Assembly: GCA_964016885.1 (NCBI GenBank)
Contig: OZ024741.1
Coordinates: 208,072,001 to 208,136,000 of the forward strand
Origin: Eledone cirrhosa
Lineage: Eukaryota
Direction: 5' to 3'
DNA: 64,000 bases
Within the stretch, counting starts at the first letter, position 1, and the number at the start of each line of letters is the position of its first letter. Shown piece by piece: positions 42,372 to 55,430 of this stretch. The notes under the pieces were generated by a model. That model saw only the letters and a program-made list of their open reading frames with translations. It searched no databases and was not told where the DNA came from. The position numbers were made by a program, and so were the translations under genes.

Positions 42372-44395
42372 GATGGATAGAAGGGTTGATTGAGGGGTTG
42401 GTGGGTGGATAGAAGGGTTGATGGAGGGGTTGGTGGGTGGATAGAAGGGTTGATGGAGGGGTTGGTGGGTGGATAGAAGGGTTGATGGAGGGGTTGGTGG
42501 GTGGATAGAAGGGTTGATGGAGGGGTTGGTGGGTGGATAGAAGGGTTGATGGAGGGGTTGGTGGGTGGATAGAAGGGTTGATGGAGGGGTTGGTGGGTGG
42601 ATAGAAGGGTTGATGAAGGGGTTGGTGGGTGGATAGAAGGGTTGATGGAGGGGTTGGTGGGTGGATAGAAGGGTTGATGGAGGGGTTGGTGGGTGGATAG
42701 AAGGGTTGATGGAGGGGTTGGTGGGTGGATAGAAGGGTTGATGGAGGGGTTGGTGGGTGGATAGAAGGGTTGATGGAGGGGTTGGTGGGTGGATAGAAGG
42801 GTTGATGGAGGGGTTGGTGGGTGGATAGAAGGGTTGATGGAGGGGTTGGTGGGTGGATAGAAGGGTGGATAGAGGGGTTGGTGGGTGGATAGAAGGGTTG
42901 ATGGAGGGGTTGGTGGGTGGATAGAAGGGTTGATGGAGAGGTTGGTGGGTGGATAGAAGGGTTGATGGAGGGGTTGGTGGGTGGATAGAAGGGTTGATGG
43001 AGGGGTTGGTGGGTCGATAGAAGGGTTGATGGAGGGGTTGGTGGGTGGATAGAAGGGTTGATGAAGGGGTTGGTGGGTGGATAGAAGGGTTGATGGAGGG
43101 GTTGGTGGGTGGATAGAAAGGTTGATGGAGGGGTTGGTGGGTGGATAGAAGGGTTGATGGAGGGGTTGGTGGGTGGATAGAAGGGTTGATGGAGGGGTTG
43201 GTGGGTGGATAGAAGGGTTGATGGAGGGGTTGGTGGGTGGATAGAAGGGTTGATGGAGGGGTTGGTGGGTGGATAGAAGGGTTGATGGAGGGGTTGGTGG
43301 GTGGATAGAAGGGTTGATGGAGGGGTTGGTGGGTGGATAGAAGGGTTGATGGAGGGGTTGGTGGGTGGATAGAAGGGTGGATAGAGGGGTTGGTGGGTGG
43401 ATAGAAGGGTTGATGGAGGGGTTGGTGGGTGGATAGAAGGGTTGATGGAGAGGTTGGTGGGTGGATAGAAGGGTTGATGGAGGGGTTGGTGGGTGGATAG
43501 AAGGGTTGATGGAGGGGTTGGTGGGTCGATAGAAGGGTTGATGGAGGGGTTGGTGGGTGGATAGAAGGGTGGATAGAAGGGTTGGTGGGTGGATAGAAGG
43601 GTTGATGGAGGGGTTGGTGGGTGGATAGAAGGGTGGATGGAGGGGTTGGTGGGTGGATAGAAGGGTGGATGGAGGGGTTGGTGGGTGGATAGAAGGGTTG
43701 ATGGAGGGGTTGGTGGGTGGATAGAAGGGTTGATGGAGGGATTGGTGGGTGGATAGAAGGGTTGATGGAGGGGTTGGTGGGTGGATAGAAGGGTGGATGG
43801 AGGGGTTGGTGGGTGGATAGAAGGGTGGATGGAGGGGTTGGTGGGTGGATAGAAGGGTTGATGGAGGGGTTGGTGGGTGGATAGAAGGGTTGATGGAGGG
43901 ATTGGTGGGTGGATAGAAGGGTTGATGGAGGGGTTGGTGGGTGGATAGAAGGGTTGATGGAGGGATTGGTGGGTGGATAGAAGGGTTGATTGAGGGGTTG
44001 GTGGGTGGATAGAAGGGTGGATGGAGGGGTTGGTGGGTGGATAGAAGGTTTGATGGAGGGGTTGGTGGGTGGATAGAAGGGTTGATGGAGGGGTTGGTGG
44101 GTGGATAGAAGGGTCGATGGAGGGGTTGGTGGGTGGACAGAAGGATTGATGGAGGGGTTGGTGGGTGAATAGAAGGGTTGATGGAGGGGTTGGTGGGTGG
44201 ATAGAAGGGTGGATGGAGGGGTTGGTGGGTGGATAGAAGGATTGATGGAGGGGTTGGTGGGTGGATAGAAGGGTGGATGGAGGCGTTGGTCGGTGGATAG
44301 AAGGGTGGATGGAGAGGTTGGTGGGTGGATAGAAGGGTGGATAGAAGGGTTGGTGGGTGTATAGAAGGGTTGATGGAGGGGTTGGTGGGTGGATG
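42372..44395. repeat. 32 bp G-rich minisatellite GGATAGAAGGGTTGATGGAGGGGTTGGTGGGT, about 63 units
   Basis: Direct reading; decays into (GGAT)-like sequence to about 44960. Confidence 0.97.
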
Positions 44396-45602
44396 GGTGG
44401 ACGAGTGGATGGGTAGATTGAAAGGTAGAAGAATGGTTAGATGGTTGGATGGATAGGTGGATGGTTGGCTGATGAGATGGATGGATCAATGGATGGCATG
44501 AGGAAGAGGGGGATAGATGGGTGGATAGATTAGTGGATGATTTGAGAAGGTAGAAATATGTGTGTAGATTATTGGATGGGTTGGTGGATTAATAGGGACG
44601 TAGAAGGGTGCATGGGTGGATTGTTGAATGGATAGGTGAGAAGATGAACGGCTGAGTAGGTGGATACATTGATGTACGGATAGTTAAGTGGATAATCAGG
44701 TTGTTAGAAAGGTGGATGTAGCATTTGGATTGACGGATGTGTAAGTAGGTGGTATCATGTGTTAACAGATAAATAAACGGTTAGATGGGTGGGTGTACAG
44801 GTATATGAAGGGTTGAGGGTTGAATTGATAGATGAATAGGTGATGGGGAGATTATTGAATTGGTGGATGATGGATAGATGGATGAATGCAAGGTTGCATG
44901 GATAGATCGGGGGATGAATGAGAAACGGGTGGCTGGATGATTGGGTGGCTGTTTGAATGGATGGACCGGAGAATTCAGCTACTGATCAGAAAGGCTCAAA
45001 CAATTAACTTTATTTATCATATCACACTTGTTTGATACGCATTAAGTGCTGTTGTATTGATATGCAATATCATAGGAGAAATGGGTGGAGATGAATAGAC
45101 GGATAGATGTGACAGATGAGATATGTATAGCTTTGGTATAATACAGAAATTATATGAAATCTACGTGAAAATATAAACGAGTATGCGCATAAAAGGGGAC
45201 TGGGACTGTATTACTGTTATAAAGAAAATCTATTAGATATATGTGAAAAAATGAACGGCTAGATGAGGGAAAATTAATGTTTTGTGTAATACAGAAATTG
45301 TTTAAGATTTCATATCTAGAGTGATGAATGTCAGTTAAATCGTGAATAATGGTTTAGTATTCTCCAGTAAATATATGGCATATATGAATGTGTAATGGGC
45401 AGATGGATGGTAGATGAGCAGAGTAAGAGAGTCGGATAAAATATCTGGTGACATTTGTGTCGGATCTAAATCTCGCCGATGTCAAGTTTAAATAAAGCAG
45501 CTGTATGATATGAATAAAGTAGATAAGTATGAAAAAAACAAAGGAGACACTGTAGTAATAATTGTTTCTGATTTAGGTACAAGGCTAAAATAATAATAAT
45601 CA

Positions 45603-45795
45603 TTATTTCTACTTTTGGCACAAGGCCAGCAATTACCCCAGTGCATTACTGGTACTTTATTTTATCGACTCCGTAAGGATGAAAGGCAAAGTTAACCTCA
45701 GTGGGATCTGAACACAGACCGTAAAGAGGAAGGGAATGCAACTCTATGCTGCAAAGCATGGCGTCCGACTCTCTACCGATACTGCCAATCTACCA
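45603..45795 (-). mobile_element. tRNA-derived SINE (same family as 17043-17231)
   Basis: Shared GGCACAAGGCCAGCAATTACCC...GGATGAAAGGCAAAGT.AACCTC. Confidence 0.8.
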
Positions 45796-45824
45796 ATAAT
45801 TTAGTAAGGGACAGTGGGTTTTTT

Positions 45825-48800
45825 ACATAAATAACAATAACAAAATAACAAGAAAAATACAACAATGAAAATTCCCCAATAGTGGGGATTACCCCCCAGG
45901 GCGACTCAGGTACCCCACTAATCATGAACCACCTGACGCTTCGAGAGCACCTGGGAAGGATACACCCCTCCTCCTGAAATTAGCCAGCCTGTAGGTGTAT
46001 GCTCAGAGCGGGCCCATTTACATGAGCCATTCTCACTATATTCACCCACCTTTCAGCAAATGTACTGGCGGGCGGCGGGCTCTTCTCTCTCCACCCTCAC
46101 TTTCCTTTCCGAGTGAAACTTAAAAAAGTTGATGAGGGATTGGCCGAAGTGAAAAGTATCAGTCTTCAGTCCTTTCAATCTGGTCCACTACACAACCCCC
46201 TACCACCACCAGATAGAGGATGATTGCCTGTCCTTCTCGGCCAAAAGCAGACGGCGGATCGATCATCACTATGTACTCGTTCGATAGCCGGATCCGTTCT
46301 ATACTAGATAACAGCTGTTCAACATAACTCCACAAGCCAGTAATGCACGAACACTGGACAAGTGCGTGTAGAACGGTTTCGTCGTTCTACGCGCATTTCG
46401 GGCAGGTCCGTCTGACAGCACTTCCGTGCCTGTAGAGTTTATCTCGAACCGGCAGTGTCCCCCGGTAACACTGCCAAGCGAGGGATTTCTGGAAATCGTC
46501 CATAGTCTCCGGATCAGACTGGTCAGTTCGATTTGGTCGACGCGCAGAGCCTCTCCGAGAGCGTCATCGCACTTGCCCACCACTAATCCTCTATAGAATT
46601 TGAGAGTGGAAGGTCCACTGGCCGCATTGCCGCCTGGTAGAGAGCAGTGAGTGCCTGGCAACATTCCAGATGCCAGTCAGCCAGTCTCGGTCACTTTTTG
46701 ACCCAGGACTGCAGCTCAGTCAAAGGGACGAGTTGCTGACAAACGGTGACCACACCTGTTCACCGTTTAGGTTGAATATCTGGAGATGCCGCAGCCTCAG
46801 CGCATGTTTGCGCATCATTAGCCACGGCATGCCCAGCCCTACTCATTGAGAGTGCTGGCAGAAGATTGACCGCCACCCCAACGGAACCTGTCCCCTCCAC
46901 AAGAAGTTGAAGAGGAGCTCTCCAATTTGGCGAGGCGCGAACGAGGGCAAGGCACGACGGTAGGTGATAGTAGATGACGGATGCAATATACGCATTCGCC
47001 ACCTCCACCCACCTTTCAGGGATAACTTTCTCTCAACACATTTCTGTGTGAGAGTGGTCAGCCTGCTCGTTACCTCATCCCAGCTTTTGTCCATTTGGAT
47101 GTCCGGACCAAACCAGGCCGCTAGCAATTTATCCGGTCCGTCCGTTCAGTACCCGGTGATGCTATTGGGTGTCATTGACTTACCTCTCCAGGTGCCGAGC
47201 TGCAAGCCCATCGACACTGCCTAGTTTATCTTTGTTCCTGTCACCGTTTCCTATTCCTTGAAAGCGGCACCGAGCAACTGGACGAGTTTTGTGCTCGACA
47301 CCACTACGGTGACGCCGTCGGCGTAAGTCGACACATATTTCCCGTGTCCCAGTTTACCTGAGATGCCCCTCATCACCTCCAATTTGTGAAGTAATGGCTC
47401 GAGAGCCAATACGTACAAGAGGGGCGTGAGGAGGCGACACTGGTGGACTGAGCGCATGATGTTAAATGGTTGCGATAGGTGACCATTCACCTAAACATCC
47501 GAAGTCTGCTCCTCGAGGACTGCCGCCATGTATCAATGTTTGATCCTATCGAAATCTTTCGATTGATCAGCGACCCACCCGTGCCAGGTTCCTTAACCAC
47601 CCTCTGATGTATCGCATTAGGTGGAGGATGACGTGGATGGATCTGTTCGGAATTGCACTTCTCTGTGCCTCTCCCACCACGTCACCGAGGACAAGCGCCA
47701 ACATTGCTGCTAGCACCTTAGCCGAAGTCTTGAACCTTGCCTTTGGCATAACTATGGGCCTGAAATTACCTATAACGTCCCTTCCGTTCGGGAGCGCTAC
47801 CACTACCCCAGCTCACATAACTGGGAATGTTCCCGTTCTGCTGCCAATTACAGTATATGGTGCTAAGGGGTAGCAGAACATGTCTAGCATGTATACTTAA
47901 AGCTCGTAGGGCAGACCATCCAAACCTGGCGATTTACCCTTCCTGCTCCCGAACATTTGGGCAAAGTGTTGCTGAAAGGTCTCACACATCTACTCGGGAT
48001 TGAGCAGCACGCACCCGTTGGACGGCTTTCATCCGTTCGTGTCTTAGAGCACCCACTCTAGCTCCGACGATGCCACCTTCATTCTTTGCGTTGAAGAATT
48101 GGTCGAGTACCAATCTCGCCGTGAGCACGTCGGTTGCGGTATCTGTTCTAAAATCCTCATCCAGCTTTCTAACTAGCTTTCCCACTAAACTATTTTCCTC
48201 TATCGCTGCTCCTTCGTTATACCTTATCGATTCTACTCTAATTGTCCTTTTCAGGGCGAACCACTCTCTATTGTGGACGATTGCCTCTCTCAACACTCGC
48301 TTAACTAATTCGCTAATCCGGTCTCTGTAAGCTTTATGCACCAGGAAAGACGCGTTCAGCTTCCAATAACCGGGTCCCTGCCCTTGGAGTTTATCTAAGT
48401 CGACTTCACAAATCACAAATCTGTGGTCCGTGTAGTCGACTACTTTGAATTGTGGGTAGTCTACTTTCCTGCAGAATACCCCATCTAGATACGATCTGGA
48501 TGACACGATGAGGTTTGCCCCTGTTCCCATTGGCACATTCGAGTGATGCAATCGGTACCTGTCTGACACCTGGAAGGGTCTGAGCAGGTTGATGAGGCTT
48601 ATACACATTCCTCTCCTATCTACTAGCCCCACATAATCCTAGCGTGCATCTAAAATACTGTTCCAGTCGCCCACTAACACTAAACAGTGGAACGTTCCCA
48701 GAAAGGTTTCTTGGCGTCTGAAGAAATCAGGCCGTCCTGCACCTAGACATCTACTACGTTAAACGCATACCATTCGCTGCTGGTCACGTTTAACACCACC

Positions 48801-49010
48801 AACTTACCTTCTGGGTCCATGAAAATTGTCAATCTTTTCCGAAACAATACAGCGACTCTACCTCCAGAACCCGGGCGTCTTGAAGATGCGTGCACCCGAT
48901 AGCCTCCAAAAATGGTTGCGAAGGCTCGTGTTTCGAACATTTTTGTCTCGCTGATGGGCACCTCGTTTATATCCAGTGATCTGGTGTTATTGATCAGGTG
49001 CCCTTGCTTC
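45825..49010 (-). mobile_element. Decayed L1/Tx1-clade LINE ORF2, related to 1-3285
   Basis: ISETK, SRSYLD, YTDHRFV, GPGYWKLNAS, NFRPI, YADG, WFGPD; shared 3' UTR CCCC..ATTGGGG hairpin. Confidence 0.9.
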
Positions 49011-49408
49011 TATATATATAAATATATAGTAGAGAGTCGGGGTTCTGTGTATGTGTGTCAGTAGTGATTCTAGCTGAATGTTATTCGGGGTTAGTGGAGA
49101 CAGATGGAAGACATACATAGATAGCTGTTCCAATATTTAAACATAAAACAAAACATTTCAATTTTTTTTTCACTCGCAGGTATGTTTGAACGTAGAACTT
49201 TTTCTTTTTGGACAGGGCTAAATTTTATGAAGCCAAGCATGCCCCATTAAATGTTGTCCATAAAAAGTTGAAACAAAGCTATATTTCCTTAAATTTATAA
49301 CAAAATTCTGACGTTTGGAAGTTCAGATCAAGTCAAGGATTTTCCCCGAACAAATATTGGGCTATGAATACTAAGATATATTATATTCACTTGAAATTAG
49401 ATAGAATT

Positions 49409-49441
<33 letters not shown>

Positions 49442-49446
<5 letters not shown>

Positions 49447-49770
49447 GTCCTTCGGTATTCGCAAAGGTTACATTCCTAGAGTACCCACGAAGAGTGAAAA
49501 ACCGCGAATATTGGGCGTGGTCCATAAAATACCTATAAACGTCAAAACATAACCTAAAATATAGGCCGGCAAATACGGTATATTGTTAATGATAATTTAG
49601 CGTTAAAAAGCGCGAATAAAATATATATTGCGACGAAAAAAAACATTTAAAAAATCGCGGAAGATATTTACGATTCTGCGAATATGCTGTGGTTTCCACG
49701 AACAATTATTAGTTTGGTTCTAAGGAAAATTCCACGAATAACCGGGACCGCGAATGCTGGGGGTACACTG
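49442..49770. mobile_element. pogo/Tigger-like MITE
   Basis: Imperfect TIRs TAGTTGTCCTTCGGTATTCGC / GCGAATGCTGGGGGTACACTG with TA flanks; repeated CGCGAATA. Confidence 0.65.
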
Positions 49771-50283
49771 TATATAAATATATATATATATATGAATGTA
49801 TGTATAGTATATTTGGTATATACCGTATTCTTAATTAAAAACATTTTGAAGACCATACGTTATCAGTTTTAAAGTAGTGACTTCGGCGAAAGAAGCGAGA
49901 GAAGCTAACAAACTGTCAGTTTCACGCTGTTGGCGATTATTAGAGCAACGTACTCCCCGCTTTCGCCGAAGATTATAGAAGCTGGATTCTTATAGAAATC
50001 CAGCAATAATCAGGATCTGATTATATAGAGCGGTTGCCTGTCCAGCAAAAATTAGGTATTAGGATTGGTGCTCTGAAATAGCGATGTATAGATGAATGTA
50101 TGTATAGTATATCTGGCAATATACTGTATGCTTAATTAAACACACACACAAAGTTAAGGGTGGTTTTCCAATTGGGAAGAAACCACAGCTAAATAAGTTA
50201 TTAAATACATTTATAGAAAAGACAAATTTATTTCACACAGAAATGATATCTTCAGGGCAAGAACTATTTCATTCGTACGATTC

Positions 50284-50320
<37 letters not shown>

Positions 50321-50375
50321 CGTACGCCTGAAGCCAGATAGGAAGTGTATATCCTATGAAAAGGACAACAGCACT

Positions 50376-51292
50376 AATCTATATACATAAAACTGTGGTT
50401 GTCTGTCTGTCTATCGATTTTTGGCACACATCTCCTCTTAGAATCTCTCACGGAATTGCACCGAAATTGCTATACTTGTACATTGAGCCCTGGCGAAGAC
50501 ATCGGAAAAAAAAAATTTCAAATTGACCCACCCTATGTGACGAAATCGAATATAATGTATCGATTTTTGAGCGTAAGTTATCAGTTATTTCCCTTTGTTC
50601 TGTTTACATTGAGCGTCTTACGTAAAAAATTACGCTGGCTTTAACAGTTGTCGAGCCAGCAAAATATTGACCTGCAAAATTCATCAGTTCGAACACTAAG
50701 CTTCCGTTTTGCTTCATTTCCATTTAAAAGCATTTTAAAACAATATTTTTACTTGAAAACAAGTCTATTTAAAGACTACGTAAAACAAGCAAATATTTCG
50801 TCGTTAGGCGTGCAGACAGACAGTCGTGCAGACAGACAGTCGCGCAGAGAGGTGATATACGCGTGCAGACAGATAGTCGTGCAGAGAGGTGATATAGGCG
50901 TGCAGACAGACAGTCGTGCAGAGAGGTGATATAGGCGTGCAGACAGACAGTCGTGCAGAGAGGTGATATAGGCGTGCAGACAGACATAACTGATAATTTG
51001 GTTACGCTAATGTTTTTCTCTGCGTTGCAGTGTTTACATTTTCGATCTTTGTTAATAAATAACCAGTGCAGTTTCTATCCCCAGCATCCTCTTTTGTTAT
51101 AACATTCGGGTTATCGTTATGTTTTCTTAACTTCATAAGGCATATTGTTGGTTGAGGGAATATTAATCAAAAACACCACATGCAAGTCTGCACAGTAGAC
51201 ACTACAGTTTTTAAGCCAAGAAAGAAACTTAACATTGTAACTTTAACACAGCTACTGAGCGACGCCGAGCAACGCCGGGCTTTACTGCTAGT
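50376..51292 (+). mobile_element. Helentron/DINE-like element with 37 bp internal minisatellite (4 units)
   Basis: ATCTATATACATAAAA..(GTCT)n start; CCGAGCAACGCCGGG..CTAGT end. Confidence 0.8.
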
Positions 51293-51582
51293 TGATAATA
51301 AAATAGAAGATATAAATAAAACGTCTAGAGAGAAGAAAGAATATGTTTTTATACAGCTTTCCTTCCTGTCCTGTCTGGAGCTTCAGTGATAATCGCTTTT
51401 CACATAAACCACAGGCATGCCTAGCGAACAGGTGTACACTGTATCAAACATATCTAAATTTATGTATATATATATATATATATATTGGGGTCTTACTGGT
51501 TCCTATTACCCACTCTACTACCTCAAGTATTGAGTACTTTGGTGCGTTATGGTCCACCTGGTTCCTTACCACATTTTCTTCG

Positions 51583-51628
<46 letters not shown>

Positions 51629-51943
51629 GGAAATTGATAGATAGAGTGATAGATATATTGCCGTTAAGAAACAACCCTCCCATTCACACACTCCTCGTTC
51701 GCTGCCATTCCATTACTATCACTTAGATCCAGCAGCTATTTATCACGGACGGTGTTTCACATGGTTATGTATACATTATGTATATATGGGTCTATATACA
51801 TACATACATACGTCCATACTTACATACATATACACATACATATACACATACATACATACATACATACATACATACATACATACATACATACATACATACA
51901 TACATCCATATGTATGTAGCACAACTTCACTTTTTATTTATAT

Positions 51944-52898
51944 ACTAGCAGTAAAGCCCGGCGTTGCTCGGGGTCGCTCAGTAGCTGTGTTAAAGTTACA
52001 ATGTTAAGTTTCTTTCTTGGCTTAAAAACTGTAGTGTCTACTGTGCAGACTTGCATGTGGTGTTTTTGATTAATATTCCCTCAACCAACAATATGCCTTA
52101 TGAAGTTAAGAAAACATAACGATAACCCGAATGTTATAACAAAAGAGGATGCTGGGGATAGAAACTGCATTGATTATTTATTAACAAAGATCGAAAATGG
52201 AAACACTGCAACGCAGAGAAAAACATTAGCGTAACCAAATTATCAGTTATGTCTGTCTGCACGCCTATATCACCTCTCTGCACGACTGTCTGTCTGCACG
52301 CCTATATCACCTCTCTGTACGACTGTCTGTCTGCACGCCTATATCACCTCTCTGCACGACTGTCTGTCTGCACGCCTATATCACCTCTCTGCACGACTAT
52401 CTGTCTGCACGCGTATATCACCTCTCTGCACGACTGTCTGTCTGCACGACTGTCTGTCTGCACGCCTAACGACGAAATATTTGCTTGTTTTACGTAGTCT
52501 TTAAATAGACATGTTTTCAAGTAAAAAATATTGTTTTAAAATGCTTTTAAATGGAAATGAAGCAAAACGGAAGCTTAGTGTTCGAACTGATGAATTTTGC
52601 AGGTCAATATTTTGCTGGCTCGAAACGCTGAGAAAGCCAGCGTAATTTTTTACGTAAGACGCTCAATGTAAACAGAACAAAGGGAAATAACTGATAACTT
52701 ACGCTCAAAAATCGATACATTATATTCGATTTCGTCACATAGGGTGGGTCAATTTGAAATTTTTTTTTCCGATGTCTTCGCTAGGGCTCAATGTACAAGT
52801 ATAGCAATTTCGGTGCAATTCCGTGAGAGATTCTAAGAGGAGATGTGTGCCAAAAATCGATAGACAGACAGACAACCACAGTTTTATATATATAGATT
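51944..52898 (-). mobile_element. Near-identical inverted copy of 50376-51292 (5 minisatellite units)
   Basis: Reverse-complement match over the full length. Confidence 0.85.
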
Positions 52899-53310
52899 AC
52901 ATTATTTATTTATACTTATTTATTATTATTATTATTTTTAATTGCATTCCTCATTCTATAACTCCAGTTTGAGAAACGAGTGACTATGCTGAGAGAAGTG
53001 AAAGAGAAAGAATATATTACATAGAGTTCTGAAATAGCTAGATAGAGAAATAGATATAAGAGAAAATAACTGAGTGGGAAATGAGAACATGCATGAGATA
53101 GGGGAAAGAGAGAAGAGAAAGGGGAGAAAGAGAGAGATAGAAAGAGAGTATGAAACGTTAGAATTCTTATTTACATCCATAGTAAGAAGATGATGCTGGG
53201 AAATGAAGAAAAATGTTGGGAGAAGACCTTGATTTGGAGATAAGAAGAGAGGTAATGTGTGTGCGCGTGTGTATTCATATATATATATGCGCGCACACAT
53301 ACATACATAC

Positions 53311-53920
53311 ATGGTGGCTGCCAACTCGTTTTCGAGTACGGCCACTACATTATATCCATGTAGGAGAACCCCTACCGATGCGCTGAACGAGTGTGACTTT
53401 TTAGTCCAGCCAGCGACTTGAAAACTCTGGTACAAACACTACACTTGTGACAATTATTGACACATAATTCTGGGCCCATGGTATCATGTGACGAAAAGTG
53501 CAGAGAGATCTCCAGACATAAAGCAATGCCTGTGCTGTGAAGCTTTTATAGTGAGCAAAGGCACTGCACAAAGCCAGTCCCACTCTCTTAACCAAGATTA
53601 TATTTACCAAAAAGAAGAACAAGTCAACATCATCGGATACCATCAGGGTTGCAGGTGTTATATCAGAGTTTTCTTTCTTCTAGAATTCTGCCTTGACAAA
53701 GGCTAAGGGGTCATCTCTTCAGGTGATTTTGGATGACCATTGACTCTTAAGTGCTCCTTTGCCCTTTGACAGGTTTTGTTTTTAGCCCTGCAGGATGTCC
53801 AAAGTCACCCTCCTCACCAAGAAACCTTGGTGGGGTTGCCAGTTTAGTCGCCAACGACTCGATCATGAGACAGATTGTTCTGGGATACATGTTACCAGTA
53901 GCACCAACTGGTGACCTGAC
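53311..53920 (-). mobile_element. RTE-derived non-autonomous element (same family as 19121-19746)
   Basis: Shared termini and (ATAC)n flanks. Confidence 0.7.
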
Positions 53921-53925
53921 ATACA

Positions 53926-53994
<69 letters not shown>

Positions 53995-53997
<3 letters not shown>

Positions 53998-55399
53998 GAA
54001 GGTGAGTAATATCGTAGAACAATAAAACTATGCATATATCAGATAAGTAGCACTCAACAAAAATAGTCTCGATAAAAACCTAGTATACGAATGTAAAGTG
54101 CTAACTAGTACCAATACATATACCTACATTGGCTCTACTTCTACCTCTGTTAAAGCAAGACTCTATAATTATTCTTCTACATTTAAATATCCACTTAAAA
54201 GGACCAACACCGCACTCTCAGAACTTATTTGGTCCTTAAAAGACAAAAACATTAATTACGAAATTTCTTGGCGTAAAATCTGCAACGCTTCTCAATGCTT
54301 CCATATCTAGTGTTTGTTATTTATGTTTAGCTGAAAAATGTACCATTATCTCGTATTTCAACTCTATAATAAATAGGCGTACAGATTTATTTTGTCTTTG
54401 TAATCATAAATTCTTCAAGACCTTCCACAAAGTATATAGCTAATGTCCTATAACATATTCCACGAATAACGGTTAATTTCTTACACATATATTTTTTTTT
54501 TACACATATTTTTTTCACATATTTTTTTTTCACACATATTTCATTATATTCTACAATGTATTAATTCAGTTTTCTCAGCATATTTTAAGCCTTTCACTGT
54601 TTTCTCTATAGCCTTAAGTTTTCGTTCAAACATTCGTAGATTTTGTAAACAAACTATGACGTCATATGTCTTTCTACGTTTATAAATCATTCTAGCAATT
54701 TCCTTTATTTACTTGTCGATATAAAATAATAATTAAATAGTATACCCCACATATATAGATTTTTAATAGAAACTTTTAATTTAGACATAGATAGACTATT
54801 CTTATTTTTATTTTTTTATTCTATCTTTTTTATTATCTTATTTTATTTTATTTTAAAAACCTTTTTTTATAATTATTTTAACTTAATTTTATTTTATTTT
54901 ATTAATACATTGTTACACTTCTTAATCCAAGTTTTAGTATTTAAACCCAATATAAAATAATATACCCAGTTTCTATATTTTAGACCTCTAATATTTGAAT
55001 ACCATCTATAATATTCGCACATACACCTCATCAATTTAACTTTTAGCCGTTATTTACAGATGTTTTCATTTTGACAGCGTTCCTGATCAAAAGTCTCTCT
55101 CTCTCTCTTTTTTTCTCTTTCTCTCTCTTCCTTCTTTCTTTTTTTTTTTCTTTTTTCCTCTCTTCTATTTCTTTTTCCTTTTTGCTTCTTTCCTTTCCTT
55201 CATTTTTCCTATTTTTCTCTTACTCTTATATTTTTGTCATATGTAGACTTGTCAACAAGAAAGTGTTGACAAGTGTTTTTTAGGCCTCATGTTACATTAT
55301 TTTATCTGATGAGAACACAATTTTTGTCCCAGGATAATGTTGTTTTCGAAATGTGAATAATAAAATGTATGGAACTTTTTTAACCATCTTTTAATTTCT

Positions 55400-55405
<6 letters not shown>
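53995..55405 (+). mobile_element. Hydra-like PLE family A, second copy (inverted tail, GIY-YIG remnant, pLTR)
   Basis: 54065-55403 matches 27861-29172; 53995-54059 matches 26438-26500. Confidence 0.9.
55299..55366 (+). ncRNA. Type I hammerhead of family A pLTR
   Basis: AUUUUAU-CUGAUGA-GAACAC..GUUUUC-GAAA-UGUGAA-UA-AUAAAAU. Confidence 0.7.

Positions 55406-55430
<25 letters not shown>

Noticed and set aside
42276-44489. 737 aa Pro/His/Ser ORF
   Set aside because: Translation of a 32 bp tandem repeat with no stops on that strand
50807-50986. CRISPR-like 37 bp repeats
   Set aside because: Head-to-tail units without unique spacers, inside a eukaryotic transposon
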